Shown here piece after piece: positions 27,801 to 37,813 of a stretch of 39,373 nucleotides of DNA. The translations under genes were made by a program, and so were the position numbers. The stretch is from Myxococcota bacterium (lineage in GTDB: Bacteria; Myxococcota_A; Polyangia; Polyangiales; Sandaracinaceae), in the NCBI GenBank assembly GCA_036149055.1, contig JAYZQJ010000053.1, positions 1-39,373 on the forward strand. Reading direction: 5' to 3'. Below the pieces are notes generated by a model. That model was not told the origin of the DNA. It saw nothing but the letters and a program-made list of their open reading frames with translations, and ran no database searches. Numbering within the stretch: the stretch's first letter is position 1; every line of letters begins with the position of its first letter.

Positions 27801-27810
27801 CTGCAGGTAG
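24805..27810 (+). CDS. Large Cys-rich repeat lipoprotein (1001 aa) with MopE-type putative metal-binding motifs
   Basis: Signal peptide ending AWG-C; DCDD....NPGAVELCNG.DDDCD and ETCNDIDDNCNG motifs; three internal ~130-aa Cys repeats; C-terminal PPC-like domain. Confidence 0.85.
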   Translation: MGNSCRWVSALALTVAWGCAAGDDLPGRRDAGGDAGGALDAGFDAGRGDAGVDGGPIEEVGFCEECVVHPQCGSLGRCVPLTDGRFACAAVCNPDIPSCPRGFDCVVRPASPDFPVCVPVGERCCVDQDADGYGRGVGCDGADCDDEDIDVNPGAVELCNGSDDDCDEAIDEEATDCGGQLCRTAGMGYEEVTPGACVDGACVDGDATTCGLFSCDMGADEGDRCATTCTNAGEDDDTLCIDSAHCDLGACEPDEPNGGTCDEDTDCESGHCDNGFCCDDGACCSTASDCPGSGSVGTTCDDSATCQGTRGEITCEMNRCATRSGVPDDSACDGAVEASTCGFFTSVFCSGAPDQTPPTCATTCGADSDCDANAHCDTVCVPDVPDGDVCDEDSDCISGHCQNNFCCAAGDCCRSATDCPASYARAPTCDTPTSCQGTRDDATCLSFRCGTATGVPDDSACDAGVIASDCGLYPSRLCTGATSQTPPVCATMCSSDSECDANAHCDLGMCTVDLPSGAACDEASDCVSGHCQNGFCCATGDCCAVDSDCPASTYGEPSTCDDAATCQGRRRDPVCNPANQCQLGGLVDDDSGCAGLQSNACGLYPAVTCTAATSQSTDQMSRCRSMCSSSADCDPGAFCNAMGECAPRGMQGDACTATPQCGSGLQCVDGVCCDSSCTGTCQACNVAGSLGTCTPVPSGTDPAGECGGFSCATYYQGWSGDLCYRRADAPSSAVGCDGAGMCETPADVCPSQGRGGLQVDCNDLCQSPNLSTCSGTTAGVCNDTTPSPSDQTCGVGACQRTFPRCNSGSPVSCVPGTPSTETCNDIDDNCNGAVDDGLAGDSWENNGSCGTASDLGRLYSQNRPGEPNSRSVTGTVYGSGDQDHYFVDVRENDSGCTCGVSTDEDYDLEIELTVPAGAGSYRVCANDNSCTFGGHCMTVPAGTTRSFGMQGIDRSNFDGCCSPFGGCDDSGRFYIRVAGQGAPGFECAPYTMNLSVVRTCR

Positions 27811-27831
27811 CCGCTTGGCCGTCGGGCGCGG

Positions 27832-29052
27832 GTGTGCAAGGCTCCGTGCGTGCATGCGAGAGCTGGAGCCGCCGCGCTGCTCGTGGCCTGGAGCTCGCTC
27901 GGCTGCAGTCGCGGGGCGGCGCGCCCCGCCGAGGTCGCCACCTCGTTCGACCTGGGCGACAAGATGCGGCGGCTCGAGCGTGACCTGGGCTTGAGCCGGT
28001 CACAGACCCGCTACTTCCCTCAGGTGCCCGCCCCCGAAGACGTCTCCCCGCCGCGCTGGATGGCCGTGGAGGCGCACGGCGCGCGCGGGCCCCTCGAGGA
28101 GCTCGACGGGCCCGGGGTCGTCGTCGAGGTGAGCGAGCTCGGGGAGCTCGACGTCTCGAGCGCCCACCGCTTCCTGCCGGCGGCCTCGCGCGCCGCGCAT
28201 GGCAAGGACGTGGACTGGATCGCGTTCGTGACGCGCGTGCCGCTGGAGGTGGAGCTGACCGAGGGCTTCGTGCCCTTCGAGCGCGTCGATCTGCGCCTCG
28301 TGCTGGCGCGGTCCGAGCGGGTGGTGGCGCGCGGGACGGTCGAGGCGGTGCCTTCGGGCGCCGTGCGTGTGGAAGGGCACGTACCCGAGGCTGCGGTGGC
28401 CGCGCTCGTGCAGCGGGCCCTCGAAGCCGCCCGCGCCGCGCCCGAGACCCTCGCCGCGGACCCACTGTCGCTGGACGCATGCCTGGCCGACCAGATGACG
28501 AGCCCTCGAGAGGCGGAGCCGAGCCCGGCCTGCCTCGCGGGACGCCTGACCGAGTGTCTGACCAGCTGTCACGCGGGGAACGGGCGCAGCTGCGCGGAGG
28601 CGGCGTACGTCCAGGAGGCGGCCGAAGACGCCTCGACGCTCCCTCTCTACGCCGAGGGCTGCGCCTACGGGGACGTCAACGCCTGCGTCAACTGGGGCGC
28701 CACCGTATGGACGCTGGCCAGGACGGGCCAACTGGAGGCGACCGACGAGGCCATGCGGTGCACGATGCGCGTCTTCGAGCGCGCCTGCGAGCAGGGAGAG
28801 CCGTTCGGCTGCGGGATGTTCGGCAAGGGCCTGGTGACCGGGCTCGACGGGGCGGTGGAGGTGGACCTCGAGCGCTCCGAGGCGCTGCTGGTGGACACCT
28901 GTGAGCGCTACGGGCTGTTCCCGTGCGAGGTCCTGGGCGTCCTGCGGCGGAATGGGGACTTCGGCGAGGACGCCGTGGCGCTCGCCGACGAGGCGACCCA
29001 GCGCGCGTGCGACACCGGCTACACGCCCGCGTGCCACGCGCTCACGCCGTGA
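27832..29052 (+). CDS. Putative lipoprotein with Cys-rich Sel1-like (Hcp-type) repeats
   Basis: Lipobox-like SLG-C; repeated (A/G/S/T)C..G....C motifs (EGCAYGDVNAC, RACEQGEPFGC, RACDTGYTPAC). Confidence 0.65.
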   Translation: MCKAPCVHARAGAAALLVAWSSLGCSRGAARPAEVATSFDLGDKMRRLERDLGLSRSQTRYFPQVPAPEDVSPPRWMAVEAHGARGPLEELDGPGVVVEVSELGELDVSSAHRFLPAASRAAHGKDVDWIAFVTRVPLEVELTEGFVPFERVDLRLVLARSERVVARGTVEAVPSGAVRVEGHVPEAAVAALVQRALEAARAAPETLAADPLSLDACLADQMTSPREAEPSPACLAGRLTECLTSCHAGNGRSCAEAAYVQEAAEDASTLPLYAEGCAYGDVNACVNWGATVWTLARTGQLEATDEAMRCTMRVFERACEQGEPFGCGMFGKGLVTGLDGAVEVDLERSEALLVDTCERYGLFPCEVLGVLRRNGDFGEDAVALADEATQRACDTGYTPACHALTP

Positions 29053-29848
29053 ACGCGAGGACGTGATCGCGGGTGGCGTGGGGGCGCTCGGTCGGGAAGT
29101 CGTGGCCGGCGCCCTCGAGCCACTCGAGGCGGGCGCCGGGGATGCGAGCCGCGAGGCGGCGGCTGTTGTCGGGGTGGATCAGCCGGTCGGCGTCGCCGTG
29201 CAGGAGCAGGGTGTCGTGCTCGATGTGGTGGAGCATCGACCAGGCCTCGTGGCGAGCGGCCGCGTAGAGCTGGCCGAGCACGCCGCGCCGGCTGTGGGGC
29301 TCGCGCTCCGCCACCGCGATCCAGCGATCGACGATCTCGGGGCTGCGGCGGAGGTGCTCGGCGCTGAGGACCCAGGGGGCGCTGAAGCGGATGGCGCGGC
29401 GCTTCGGCATCGTGGCGCTGCGGGCGAGGGCGAGGGCCGCGGCCGGCTCGATGCGCTTGGCGCCGCGGCCGCCCGGGGTGGTGCACGCGAGCATCAACCG
29501 CTTCACCCGGTGCGGGTGCCGGAGCGCCAGGTGCTGCGCCACCATGCCGCCGAGGCTGATGCCGAAGACGTCGGCGCGCTCGACGCCGCTGTCGCGCAGC
29601 ACGTCGGCCACGTCGTCCGCCATGTCTTCGGTGCTCCACGGCCCGCGCGGCGTGCTGCTGCGGCCGACGCCGCGGTTGTCGAGCACGAGCACCGTTCGGT
29701 GCTGCTCCAGGAGATCGCGGAAGTCGAACCAGTAGGCGCTCGAGCGGGAGAGGCCGCGGATGAGCACCAGCGGCGCGCCGCGTCCGCCCACCTCGTAGTA
29801 GAGGCGGCTGCCGTCCGGGCGCTCGAGCGTGCGGGGCTCGCGGCTCAC
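29042..29848 (-). CDS. Alpha/beta hydrolase fold protein
   Basis: GTGA overlap with the upstream gene; DNRGVGRS, nucleophile GISLGG, HGDAD, GAGH. Confidence 0.9.
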   Translation of the reverse strand: MSREPRTLERPDGSRLYYEVGGRGAPLVLIRGLSRSSAYWFDFRDLLEQHRTVLVLDNRGVGRSSTPRGPWSTEDMADDVADVLRDSGVERADVFGISLGGMVAQHLALRHPHRVKRLMLACTTPGGRGAKRIEPAAALALARSATMPKRRAIRFSAPWVLSAEHLRRSPEIVDRWIAVAEREPHSRRGVLGQLYAAARHEAWSMLHHIEHDTLLLHGDADRLIHPDNSRRLAARIPGARLEWLEGAGHDFPTERPHATRDHVLAFTA

Positions 29849-30801
29849 GGGCACCGGCAGCCCCAGCTCTCGGGGAGGCGCGGGCAGATGGTCTCGGCGA
29901 TGACCTGGTGGCCGGCCGGGTTCGGGTGGATGTGGTCGAAGCCGCGGTACTCGCGGCGCAGGAACCAGCGCGGCGCGCTCGCCATCAGCCGCGCGTCGGC
30001 CTCGAGCCGGGCCTCGCGCTCGGCGTCGGACAGCTCCGAGACGCTCGCGCGCCAGCGGGCGTCGCGCTCGATCTTCCGGCGCACGTCGTCGAGCGGCCAG
30101 GGCTCGGCGTCCCGGTCCCGCAGCGGCGAGTCGTAGAGGTCGACGACCACGTCCGGCCGCTCCGCGTCGCTCCAGCCCTGGCCCGGGCTCGACCGCTCGC
30201 GCGCGAACTGGCCGAGCGCCTCGGCGGGGCTGAGCCGGCCGAGCTGGAAGCCCACGACGTTGCGCGTCGCCTTCAGGGCGTGCAGCGCGCGGCCGCCCTC
30301 CCAGCGCTCGTCGTCGTCGCCGTCGTCGCCCCACGGCGTGAGCGAGAGCGAGACCACCCGGACGCCGCGGCGATGGGCCAGCTCGAAGGTGCGGCGGATC
30401 GCCCGGTTGGTCCGGTGCGGCGCGCCGACGCTGTTCATGCCGCCGCCGAACATCAGCCACACCTCGGTCCCCGGCGCGCGGATGGGCACGTTGGGGTTCT
30501 CGAGCACCTCCGAGCGGAAGCGCGACGCCAGCTGCGGGGCGCCGTGCCCCACCTGCGAGAGGTTCCGGACCTCGACGTTCTCGCACCACTCGTGGATGAG
30601 CCGCGGGTACGGGCGGTTGGGCGAGGCGCCGATCGAGCCGGCGAGCAGCACGACCTTGATCGGGCGGTCGTGGTGGGTGAACCGCCAGTCCGGGTCGGCC
30701 CAGGCGTACCCCGCGGTGTGGCGTTGCGCGACCGCCAGCGAGCCCACGCACGAGAGCGCGAGCGCCAGCGCGACGAGGCCGAGCTTTCGGGAGCGCCCCA
30801 T
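29845..30801 (-). CDS. Secreted SGNH/GDSL-like hydrolase
   Basis: Signal peptide; block I LLAGSIG, block II G, block III GGMN, block V DHIHPNPAGH. Confidence 0.75.
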   Translation of the reverse strand: MGRSRKLGLVALALALSCVGSLAVAQRHTAGYAWADPDWRFTHHDRPIKVVLLAGSIGASPNRPYPRLIHEWCENVEVRNLSQVGHGAPQLASRFRSEVLENPNVPIRAPGTEVWLMFGGGMNSVGAPHRTNRAIRRTFELAHRRGVRVVSLSLTPWGDDGDDDERWEGGRALHALKATRNVVGFQLGRLSPAEALGQFARERSSPGQGWSDAERPDVVVDLYDSPLRDRDAEPWPLDDVRRKIERDARWRASVSELSDAEREARLEADARLMASAPRWFLRREYRGFDHIHPNPAGHQVIAETICPRLPESWGCRCP

Positions 30802-30928
30802 GAGGCCGGCAAGGTGAATCCCCCGGCGGCGCTCTGCAAGGGACGGCGAGCGGTCTCGGCACGGGGGTGCCGCGATGTTTGCTGTGTTGATTTCTGTTGC
30901 CGGGCAAGGGTAGTTTGCATGCATCGAT

Positions 30929-31471
30929 ATGGAGGAAGAAGTGTTGTTGTATCGTCAGGTCCTGCTGTTCTGCGCGGTCGCCCTCGGCGTGGTCGCGATC
31001 TCCGGCGGCGCGTCCGCCCAGTCCGCGTGCCCGCCCGGCTCGGTGCTCGACGCGTCGGGGCAGTGCGTCGATCAGGACGTCGCGTACGGACCCCAGGCCG
31101 AGCCGCCGCTGGCGCCCGAAGCGCCGCCTGCCGTCGACTACGGCACCCACATCGACGTCGGCTGGACCGTCGTCGGCGCCGTGACCTTCAGCCTCGGGTA
31201 CGCCGCGTCGGTCATCTTCGGGGTCCTCCGCGACGACCTCTTCTACATCCCGGTCGCCGGTGGGCTCGTGCACGCCATAATCGGCGGCGCCGACGGCGCC
31301 CTCGGGCTGGGGCTCAGCTTGTTCCTCGGCCAGAGCCTGGGGCTCGTCGTGATGATCTTCGGCCTCTCCCAGCGCTACCCGAACGATCCCCCGCCCGCCG
31401 AGGCCTCGCTGCTCCCGGAGGTCGTGGGAGGGCCGGGTGAGCTCGGGCTGGGGCTGCGCTGGCGCTTCTGA
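30929..31471 (+). CDS. Hypothetical exported/membrane protein
   Basis: Signal-like N-terminus, TM hairpins, C-terminal GLGLRWRF typical of myxobacterial hypothetical proteins; start uncertain. Confidence 0.6.
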   Translation: MEEEVLLYRQVLLFCAVALGVVAISGGASAQSACPPGSVLDASGQCVDQDVAYGPQAEPPLAPEAPPAVDYGTHIDVGWTVVGAVTFSLGYAASVIFGVLRDDLFYIPVAGGLVHAIIGGADGALGLGLSLFLGQSLGLVVMIFGLSQRYPNDPPPAEASLLPEVVGGPGELGLGLRWRF

Positions 31472-31486
31472 GCCGGTCGACGGAAG

Positions 31487-31545
31487 AGAAACGCCCCGGT
31501 GGCTCGAGGAGCCGCCGGGGCGTCTTCGCGCGAGGCGCTCGGGGC
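31487..31545. repeat. 59-bp direct repeat, copy 1 (hairpin; probable terminator)
   Basis: Identical to 32411-32469; stem acgccccgg(t)ggctc / gagcc(g)ccggggcgt. Confidence 0.9.
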
Positions 31546-31716
31546 ATCTGCACCCCGTGAGACTCGGGCCACGCGGCCGCAACGAGCCCAATCGCGCGTA
31601 CGGCGGCTGTCGAGCTCCTCGTCCTCGGGCCCACGGATCCCGGCACGGGGTCAGAGACGCCGCTTCGCGGCTGCACGCCTGGCGCTCCGCATGAGCGATT
31701 CACCGCTCGACAACAC

Positions 31717-32157
31717 TCAGGGCCGGCAGTGGTCGACGAGGGCCTCACACGGGCAGTCCACAGCTTCGCGTGGGCCTCCCGCCGTGCACCATCGGAGCCG
31801 CGGGAGGTCGCACTCGACTACGAGGCCGAACGGAGGAGAGCAGAGGGAGGCTCCGGCGATCGACCGCAGATGCTCGTAGCAGCCCTCCGCAGCCTCTGCG
31901 GTGGAGCGTCCGTTCGGGCACACGGGCTCGTCTTCCCCGGCGAGCGCTCGTTTCCACTCGCAATAGGCCCGGGCCTCGGTCTCGGAGAGGGCCGTCATCG
32001 GCGTCTCGGGGGCGATGTCGGGGAACTGTGCTCGGGCCACCTCGAAGCCCGCGTCATGCCGGCACGTCGCAGATCCCGAGTCCACACGGTCGTGGGAGTC
32101 CGCGCAGCCCACGAGTGCCAGCATCGCCACGACCGCAGTCAGGCGCAGGAAGGTCAA
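31717..32157 (-). CDS. Cys-rich hypothetical lipoprotein inside the repeat-flanked insert
   Basis: TTG start with gggag 7 nt upstream; MTFLRLTAVVAMLALVG-C lipobox; more A/T-ending codons than neighbouring genes. Confidence 0.55.
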   Translation of the reverse strand: MTFLRLTAVVAMLALVGCADSHDRVDSGSATCRHDAGFEVARAQFPDIAPETPMTALSETEARAYCEWKRALAGEDEPVCPNGRSTAEAAEGCYEHLRSIAGASLCSPPFGLVVECDLPRLRWCTAGGPREAVDCPCEALVDHCRP

Positions 32158-32410
32158 TTCCTCGCTCCCGGGCACGGAGACTCGCCCGCGTCGTTGCGAC
32201 AGGCCTGATGCGTCGGGGTGCCGTTGGCTGCCATGGTCAGCGGTGCCGCCGCAACGAAGACTAGCATGTACTACCGGTCGAAGACTTGCCTCACGAAGAG
32301 CTCCCGTCTCGCGTCCCAGCTCCCCGTGAGAGCGGTGCGTTGTCACGCTTGCGCTTCGTCGCGCGCCGGCGACGTGGACGGCGAGCTGGGCTCACAGCAG
32401 CGTCGGACGC

Positions 32411-32469
32411 AGAAACGCCCCGGTGGCTCGAGGAGCCGCCGGGGCGTCTTCGCGCGAGGCGCTCGGGGC
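32411..32469 (-). terminator. Rho-independent terminator of the atp operon (59-bp repeat, copy 2)
   Basis: Lies 1 nt past the atpG stop; GC-rich stem-loop followed by TTTCT on the minus strand. Confidence 0.75.
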
Positions 32470-32470
32470 G

Positions 32471-33505
32471 TCAGCCCTTCAGGGCCTCGGCGCCGCCGAT
32501 GATCTCCATCAGCTCGGTCGTGATCGCGGCCTGACGGGCGCGGTTGTAGACGAGCGTGAGGCGGTCGATCATGTCGGAGGCGTTCTTGGTCGCCGAGTCC
32601 ATCGCCGTCATGCGGGCGCCGTGCTCGGAGGCCACCGACTCGAGCAGCGCGCGGAAGACCTCGGTCTCGAGGTACATCGGCAGGATGCGGTCGAGGAGCG
32701 CTCGCTTGCTCGGCTCGTAGATGAAGTCGACCGCCTGGTCCTCCTCGCTCGCGACCTCTTCGGGCACGATGGGGAGGAGCTGCTCGACCTCGACGTTCTG
32801 GGTCATCGCGCTCTTGAACTCGTTGTAGACGAGGTAGACCGCGTCGAGGTTCGGCTCGGCGTCCTCGAACGAGTCGGTGGGCGTGAAGGTCTCGGCGCCC
32901 TCGTCGGTCTCGGCCAGGCCGTGCGGCTTGCCCTCGAGGCTGTCGACGTCGACCGACGGGCCCGGGGCGAGCTTGCGACCCTCGGCCTCGGCGGCCGCGA
33001 GGCGCGCCTGACCGCCCGCGATGTACTCGCCGACGATGTAGCGGCCGATCTCGCCCGCGCTGTCGACGGTGAGGTTCTCGAACACGCCGGTGAAGTCCCG
33101 GCGGATGTTCGCGCCGCGGCGGCGGAAGAAGTCACGCCCCTTGCGGCCGATGACCGCGAAGCTGACCTCGACGCCCTCGTCCTCGAGCGCCTTCCACTTG
33201 AGGTAGGCCGCCTTGTTGACGTTGGCGTTGAACGCGCCGGCGAGGCCGCGGTCGCTGGTGAGGACCACCAGCATGACCCGCTTCGGATCCCGGCGCGCGA
33301 GGAGGGGGTGGACGTCCTCCTCGCCCGCGCGGCTGGCCACGGAGCTGAGGACCTCGAGGGTCTTGAGCGCGTAGGGCCTGAGCTCGGTGATGGCCTGCTG
33401 CGCCTTCGCGAGGCGAGCGGCCGCCACCATCTTCATCGCCCGGGTGATCTTCTGCGTGCTTTTGACGCTTCCGATGCGCTTCCGGATCGCTTTGAGGTTC
33501 GCCAT
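32471..33505 (-). CDS. atpG: F1 ATP synthase gamma subunit (with a ~50-aa acidic insertion)
   Basis: MANLKAIRKRIGSVKSTQKIT.AMKMVAA, SDRGLAG, SEHGARMTAM, YNRARQAAITTEL. Confidence 0.98.
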   Translation of the reverse strand: MANLKAIRKRIGSVKSTQKITRAMKMVAAARLAKAQQAITELRPYALKTLEVLSSVASRAGEEDVHPLLARRDPKRVMLVVLTSDRGLAGAFNANVNKAAYLKWKALEDEGVEVSFAVIGRKGRDFFRRRGANIRRDFTGVFENLTVDSAGEIGRYIVGEYIAGGQARLAAAEAEGRKLAPGPSVDVDSLEGKPHGLAETDEGAETFTPTDSFEDAEPNLDAVYLVYNEFKSAMTQNVEVEQLLPIVPEEVASEEDQAVDFIYEPSKRALLDRILPMYLETEVFRALLESVASEHGARMTAMDSATKNASDMIDRLTLVYNRARQAAITTELMEIIGGAEALKG

Positions 33506-33546
33506 CGAATGCTCCGTGAGGGAAGGGAAGGGGGATCAGCGGAGGA

Positions 33547-35292
<1,746 letters not shown>

Positions 35293-35380
35293 GTCGTCCC
35301 TCTGGGCCTCGCGCCCGACGTGGGCGCGGGATGAAATGTTCTGGTGTCGAGCGGTCGAGCCGGGGCTCGAGCGCGAAATC

Positions 35381-35929
35381 TCAGGTGGCGCTGTCCAGGA
35401 GCTGCGCGCGGAGCTCGCGCAGCCGGTTCTTCAGGCTGCCGTCGAACACGCGGCCGCCCACGGTGGTGACCACGCCGCCGATGAGCGACGGGTCCTCGCG
35501 GCGCACGAGCACCACGTCCTTGCCGGTCGCCTCCTTCAGCGCCGACTGGAGCTGCTGGTAGTAGGCGTCCGAGAGCTTGGTCGCGGTGACGATCTCGGCG
35601 CGCACCCGGCCCGAGCGACGCTCGGAGATGCGCTCGAACGCCTCGGCGATCTCCGGGAGGTGCTTCAGGCGGCGGCGATCCGCGAGCATCATCAGGGTGT
35701 TCTTGAGCAGCGGGTGCACGCCCGCCTTCGCGGCGAGCGCCTCGATGACGCCGCGCTTCTCGGCGACCCCGAACTGCGGGTTCTCGAAGACCGCGCGGAG
35801 GTCCGCGCTCGCGTCCCAGGAGGCCGCGAGGTCGGAGAGATCCTTGCCGATCTTCTCGACGGCCTGCTGCTCGTGCGCGAGCTCGTAGAGGGCGGTCGCG
35901 TACCGCTTGCCGACGGCGGAGCCGATCAT
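35381..35929 (-). CDS. atpH: F1 ATP synthase delta subunit
   Basis: [15 protein letters not shown]...G..FDGS; position in the operon. Confidence 0.95.
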   Translation of the reverse strand: MIGSAVGKRYATALYELAHEQQAVEKIGKDLSDLAASWDASADLRAVFENPQFGVAEKRGVIEALAAKAGVHPLLKNTLMMLADRRRLKHLPEIAEAFERISERRSGRVRAEIVTATKLSDAYYQQLQSALKEATGKDVVLVRREDPSLIGGVVTTVGGRVFDGSLKNRLRELRAQLLDSAT

Positions 35930-36975
35930 GCCCGAGCCTCCTCGTCCTTCATCGCCTGCTGGATCGTGGTCATGTACTGGTCCGCGAGGCGCTCCTGATC
36001 CGCGCCCCCGATCTGCTCGACCATCACCTTCTCGGCCGCCGCGATGGCCGCCTCGATCGCTTCCTTGGTGAGGTCGCTCTTGAGCTGCTTCATCTGCTGG
36101 TCGATGAGGAACTGCGCGTCCTTGCGCATGCGCGCGGAGCGGGCGTTCGCGTCGGCCAGGATGCGGTCGCGCTCGGACTCGGCCGCGTGGACCATCTCCT
36201 TGCGCAGCTCGTCGAGCTCGACGTCGAGCCGCTCGAGCCGCTCGGAGTACTCCTCGTACTTCGCCTCGGCCTCTTCCTTGAGGCGCTTGGCCTCCACGAG
36301 GCCCTCCTCGACCGAGCGGCGCCGGTTGGCGAGGAACTCGGTGAGCGGCTTGCGGAAGAGGAAGAAGAGGATGGCGGCCCAGAGCACGAAGTTGACGAAG
36401 GGCGCCAGGAGCGTGCCGATGCCGGCCGGGTGGTGCTCTTCGCCGTGCTCGGCGGCGTGCTCGCCGTGGCCCTCTTCGCCGTGGGCGACGACCGCGTCCT
36501 CGAGGTGACCGTCGTCGACGTCGATCGGCTCTCCGGCCGTCTCCTCGACGAGCTCCTCGACCGCGGTGTGCTCGTGGTCGTGGGCCTCCTCGTCACCGAA
36601 GAGGACGGCGTCCATCTCTTCGTCGGTGACCTCTTCGAACTCGGGCGCGTCCTCGATCGCCTGCTCGAGCACCTCGGCCTCCGCGGCCGGGGCCTCTTCG
36701 GCCGGCGCCTCGGCGGCGGTCGGGCGAGCCTGCGCCGCGGGGGGCGCGACGAGGCGCGGGAGCGGCTGCGGGCGCTCGGTCGGGGCCGGTCGGGCCTTGG
36801 TCGGGGCCGGGCGGGCGGCGGGCGCCTCCGCGGGCTCCTCGGCCGGCGGCTGCGCCTGGGCCGGCGCCGGGCGGGGCGCCGCGGTCGTCTCTTCGGTCGC
36901 GGGCTCGGTCGGCTCCTGGCCGAGCGCGGGGCTCGCGAAGGCCAGCAGGACCAGGATGAGGAGGCTGCGCTTCAT
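35926..36975 (-). CDS. atpF: F0 ATP synthase subunit b with a signal peptide and ~180-aa N-terminal extension
   Basis: VNFVLWAAILFFLFRKPL..FL..RR followed by a coiled coil; ATGA overlap with atpH. Confidence 0.88.
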   Translation of the reverse strand: MKRSLLILVLLAFASPALGQEPTEPATEETTAAPRPAPAQAQPPAEEPAEAPAARPAPTKARPAPTERPQPLPRLVAPPAAQARPTAAEAPAEEAPAAEAEVLEQAIEDAPEFEEVTDEEMDAVLFGDEEAHDHEHTAVEELVEETAGEPIDVDDGHLEDAVVAHGEEGHGEHAAEHGEEHHPAGIGTLLAPFVNFVLWAAILFFLFRKPLTEFLANRRRSVEEGLVEAKRLKEEAEAKYEEYSERLERLDVELDELRKEMVHAAESERDRILADANARSARMRKDAQFLIDQQMKQLKSDLTKEAIEAAIAAAEKVMVEQIGGADQERLADQYMTTIQQAMKDEEARA

Positions 36976-37433
36976 GCCTGCACCTCTCGGCCGAGCAGCT
37001 TCTCGGCGATCTGTCGCGCGAGCACCGGCGAGGACTTCGCGATCTCCGCGCGAATCTCCGCCGCCTGCTTCGCCATCTCGGCCTCGGCTTCGGCCACGAT
37101 CTTGTCGGTCTCGGCGCGGACCTTTTCGAGCTCGAGCCGCTCCTGGGTGGTCGCCTCGGCGCGCATCTTGTCGCGCTCGACGCCGACCTCGGCCCGGACC
37201 TTGGCCATCTCGCCCTCGAACGCCTCGAGCTTCTCCTCGGCGGTCTTCTCGAGCTTGCGGGCTTCGGCCTTGGCGCCGTCGATCGCCTTCTCGCGCTCGT
37301 CGAACAGCGCCATCGTGGGCTGGAAGACGAGGCTGCGGAGCATGAAGAACAGCAGCCAGAAGACGCCGAAGTAGATGAAGAACGTCGCGTCGACGTCGAG
37401 GATCGGGCTTCCGGAGAGGAGCGCGGTGGGCAT
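36972..37433 (-). CDS. atpF: F0 ATP synthase subunit b'
   Basis: LDVDATFFI.F..F..LF..L..LVFQP.....DER, coiled coil, IAEKLLGREV; first gene of the operon. Confidence 0.9.
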   Translation of the reverse strand: MPTALLSGSPILDVDATFFIYFGVFWLLFFMLRSLVFQPTMALFDEREKAIDGAKAEARKLEKTAEEKLEAFEGEMAKVRAEVGVERDKMRAEATTQERLELEKVRAETDKIVAEAEAEMAKQAAEIRAEIAKSSPVLARQIAEKLLGREVQA

Positions 37434-37604
37434 GTTCGGGGCCTCTTGGCGGCGCGGGGGGCGCCTGGGCTCGGTCGGTGGGCGTGGACGACGCCGGCGG
37501 CGCCGAACGAGGTCCCGCCTGCCTGCGAGGGGGGGACCGGAAGATGGGTGCGGACCGCGAAAAGGTCCGGGAATTCAGGGGCAGAAGTGCCCTGGGGCGC
37601 GCGC

Positions 37605-37633
37605 TATCTAGCAGTGGGGTAGGGGGGAGTCAA
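37605..37633 (-). promoter_or_regulatory. Candidate sigma70-type promoter of the atp operon
   Basis: Minus strand TTGACT-N17-TAGATA with TG just upstream of the -10; the -10 lacks the final T; about 170 nt upstream of the b' start. Confidence 0.45.
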
Positions 37634-37813
37634 GCGAGCCTGGAGCGCCGGTTTTCGCGCCTCCCGTCGGGCGTCGTGCGCGGGCTCTCGGCGCCTCTGT
37701 CCGGCGGGTAGGGTCCTGCGGGGCCGACGACAAGACCTGACCCCAGATGGGGACTCCCGCCTCCCCGGAGAGAGGCTCGACCGGTTCGGACCCGCCGGCT
37801 ATGGTGGCGCGCC

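Noticed and set aside
24490..27855. 1121-aa minus-strand ORF
   Set aside because: Antisense shadow of the Cys-rich lipoprotein; stop-free because of high GC3 bias, with Ala/Val/Arg-rich composition and no motifs
31546..32410. Integron cassette or IS as the explanation for the repeat-flanked insert
   Set aside because: No RYYYAAC...GTTRRRY attC boxes after the gene, no terminal inverted repeats, and no transposase or integrase
37434..37813. Possible atpI or an RNA gene upstream of the atp operon
   Set aside because: The short ORFs here lack hydrophobic AtpI character and I see no tRNA or riboswitch signature; treated as a divergent promoter region
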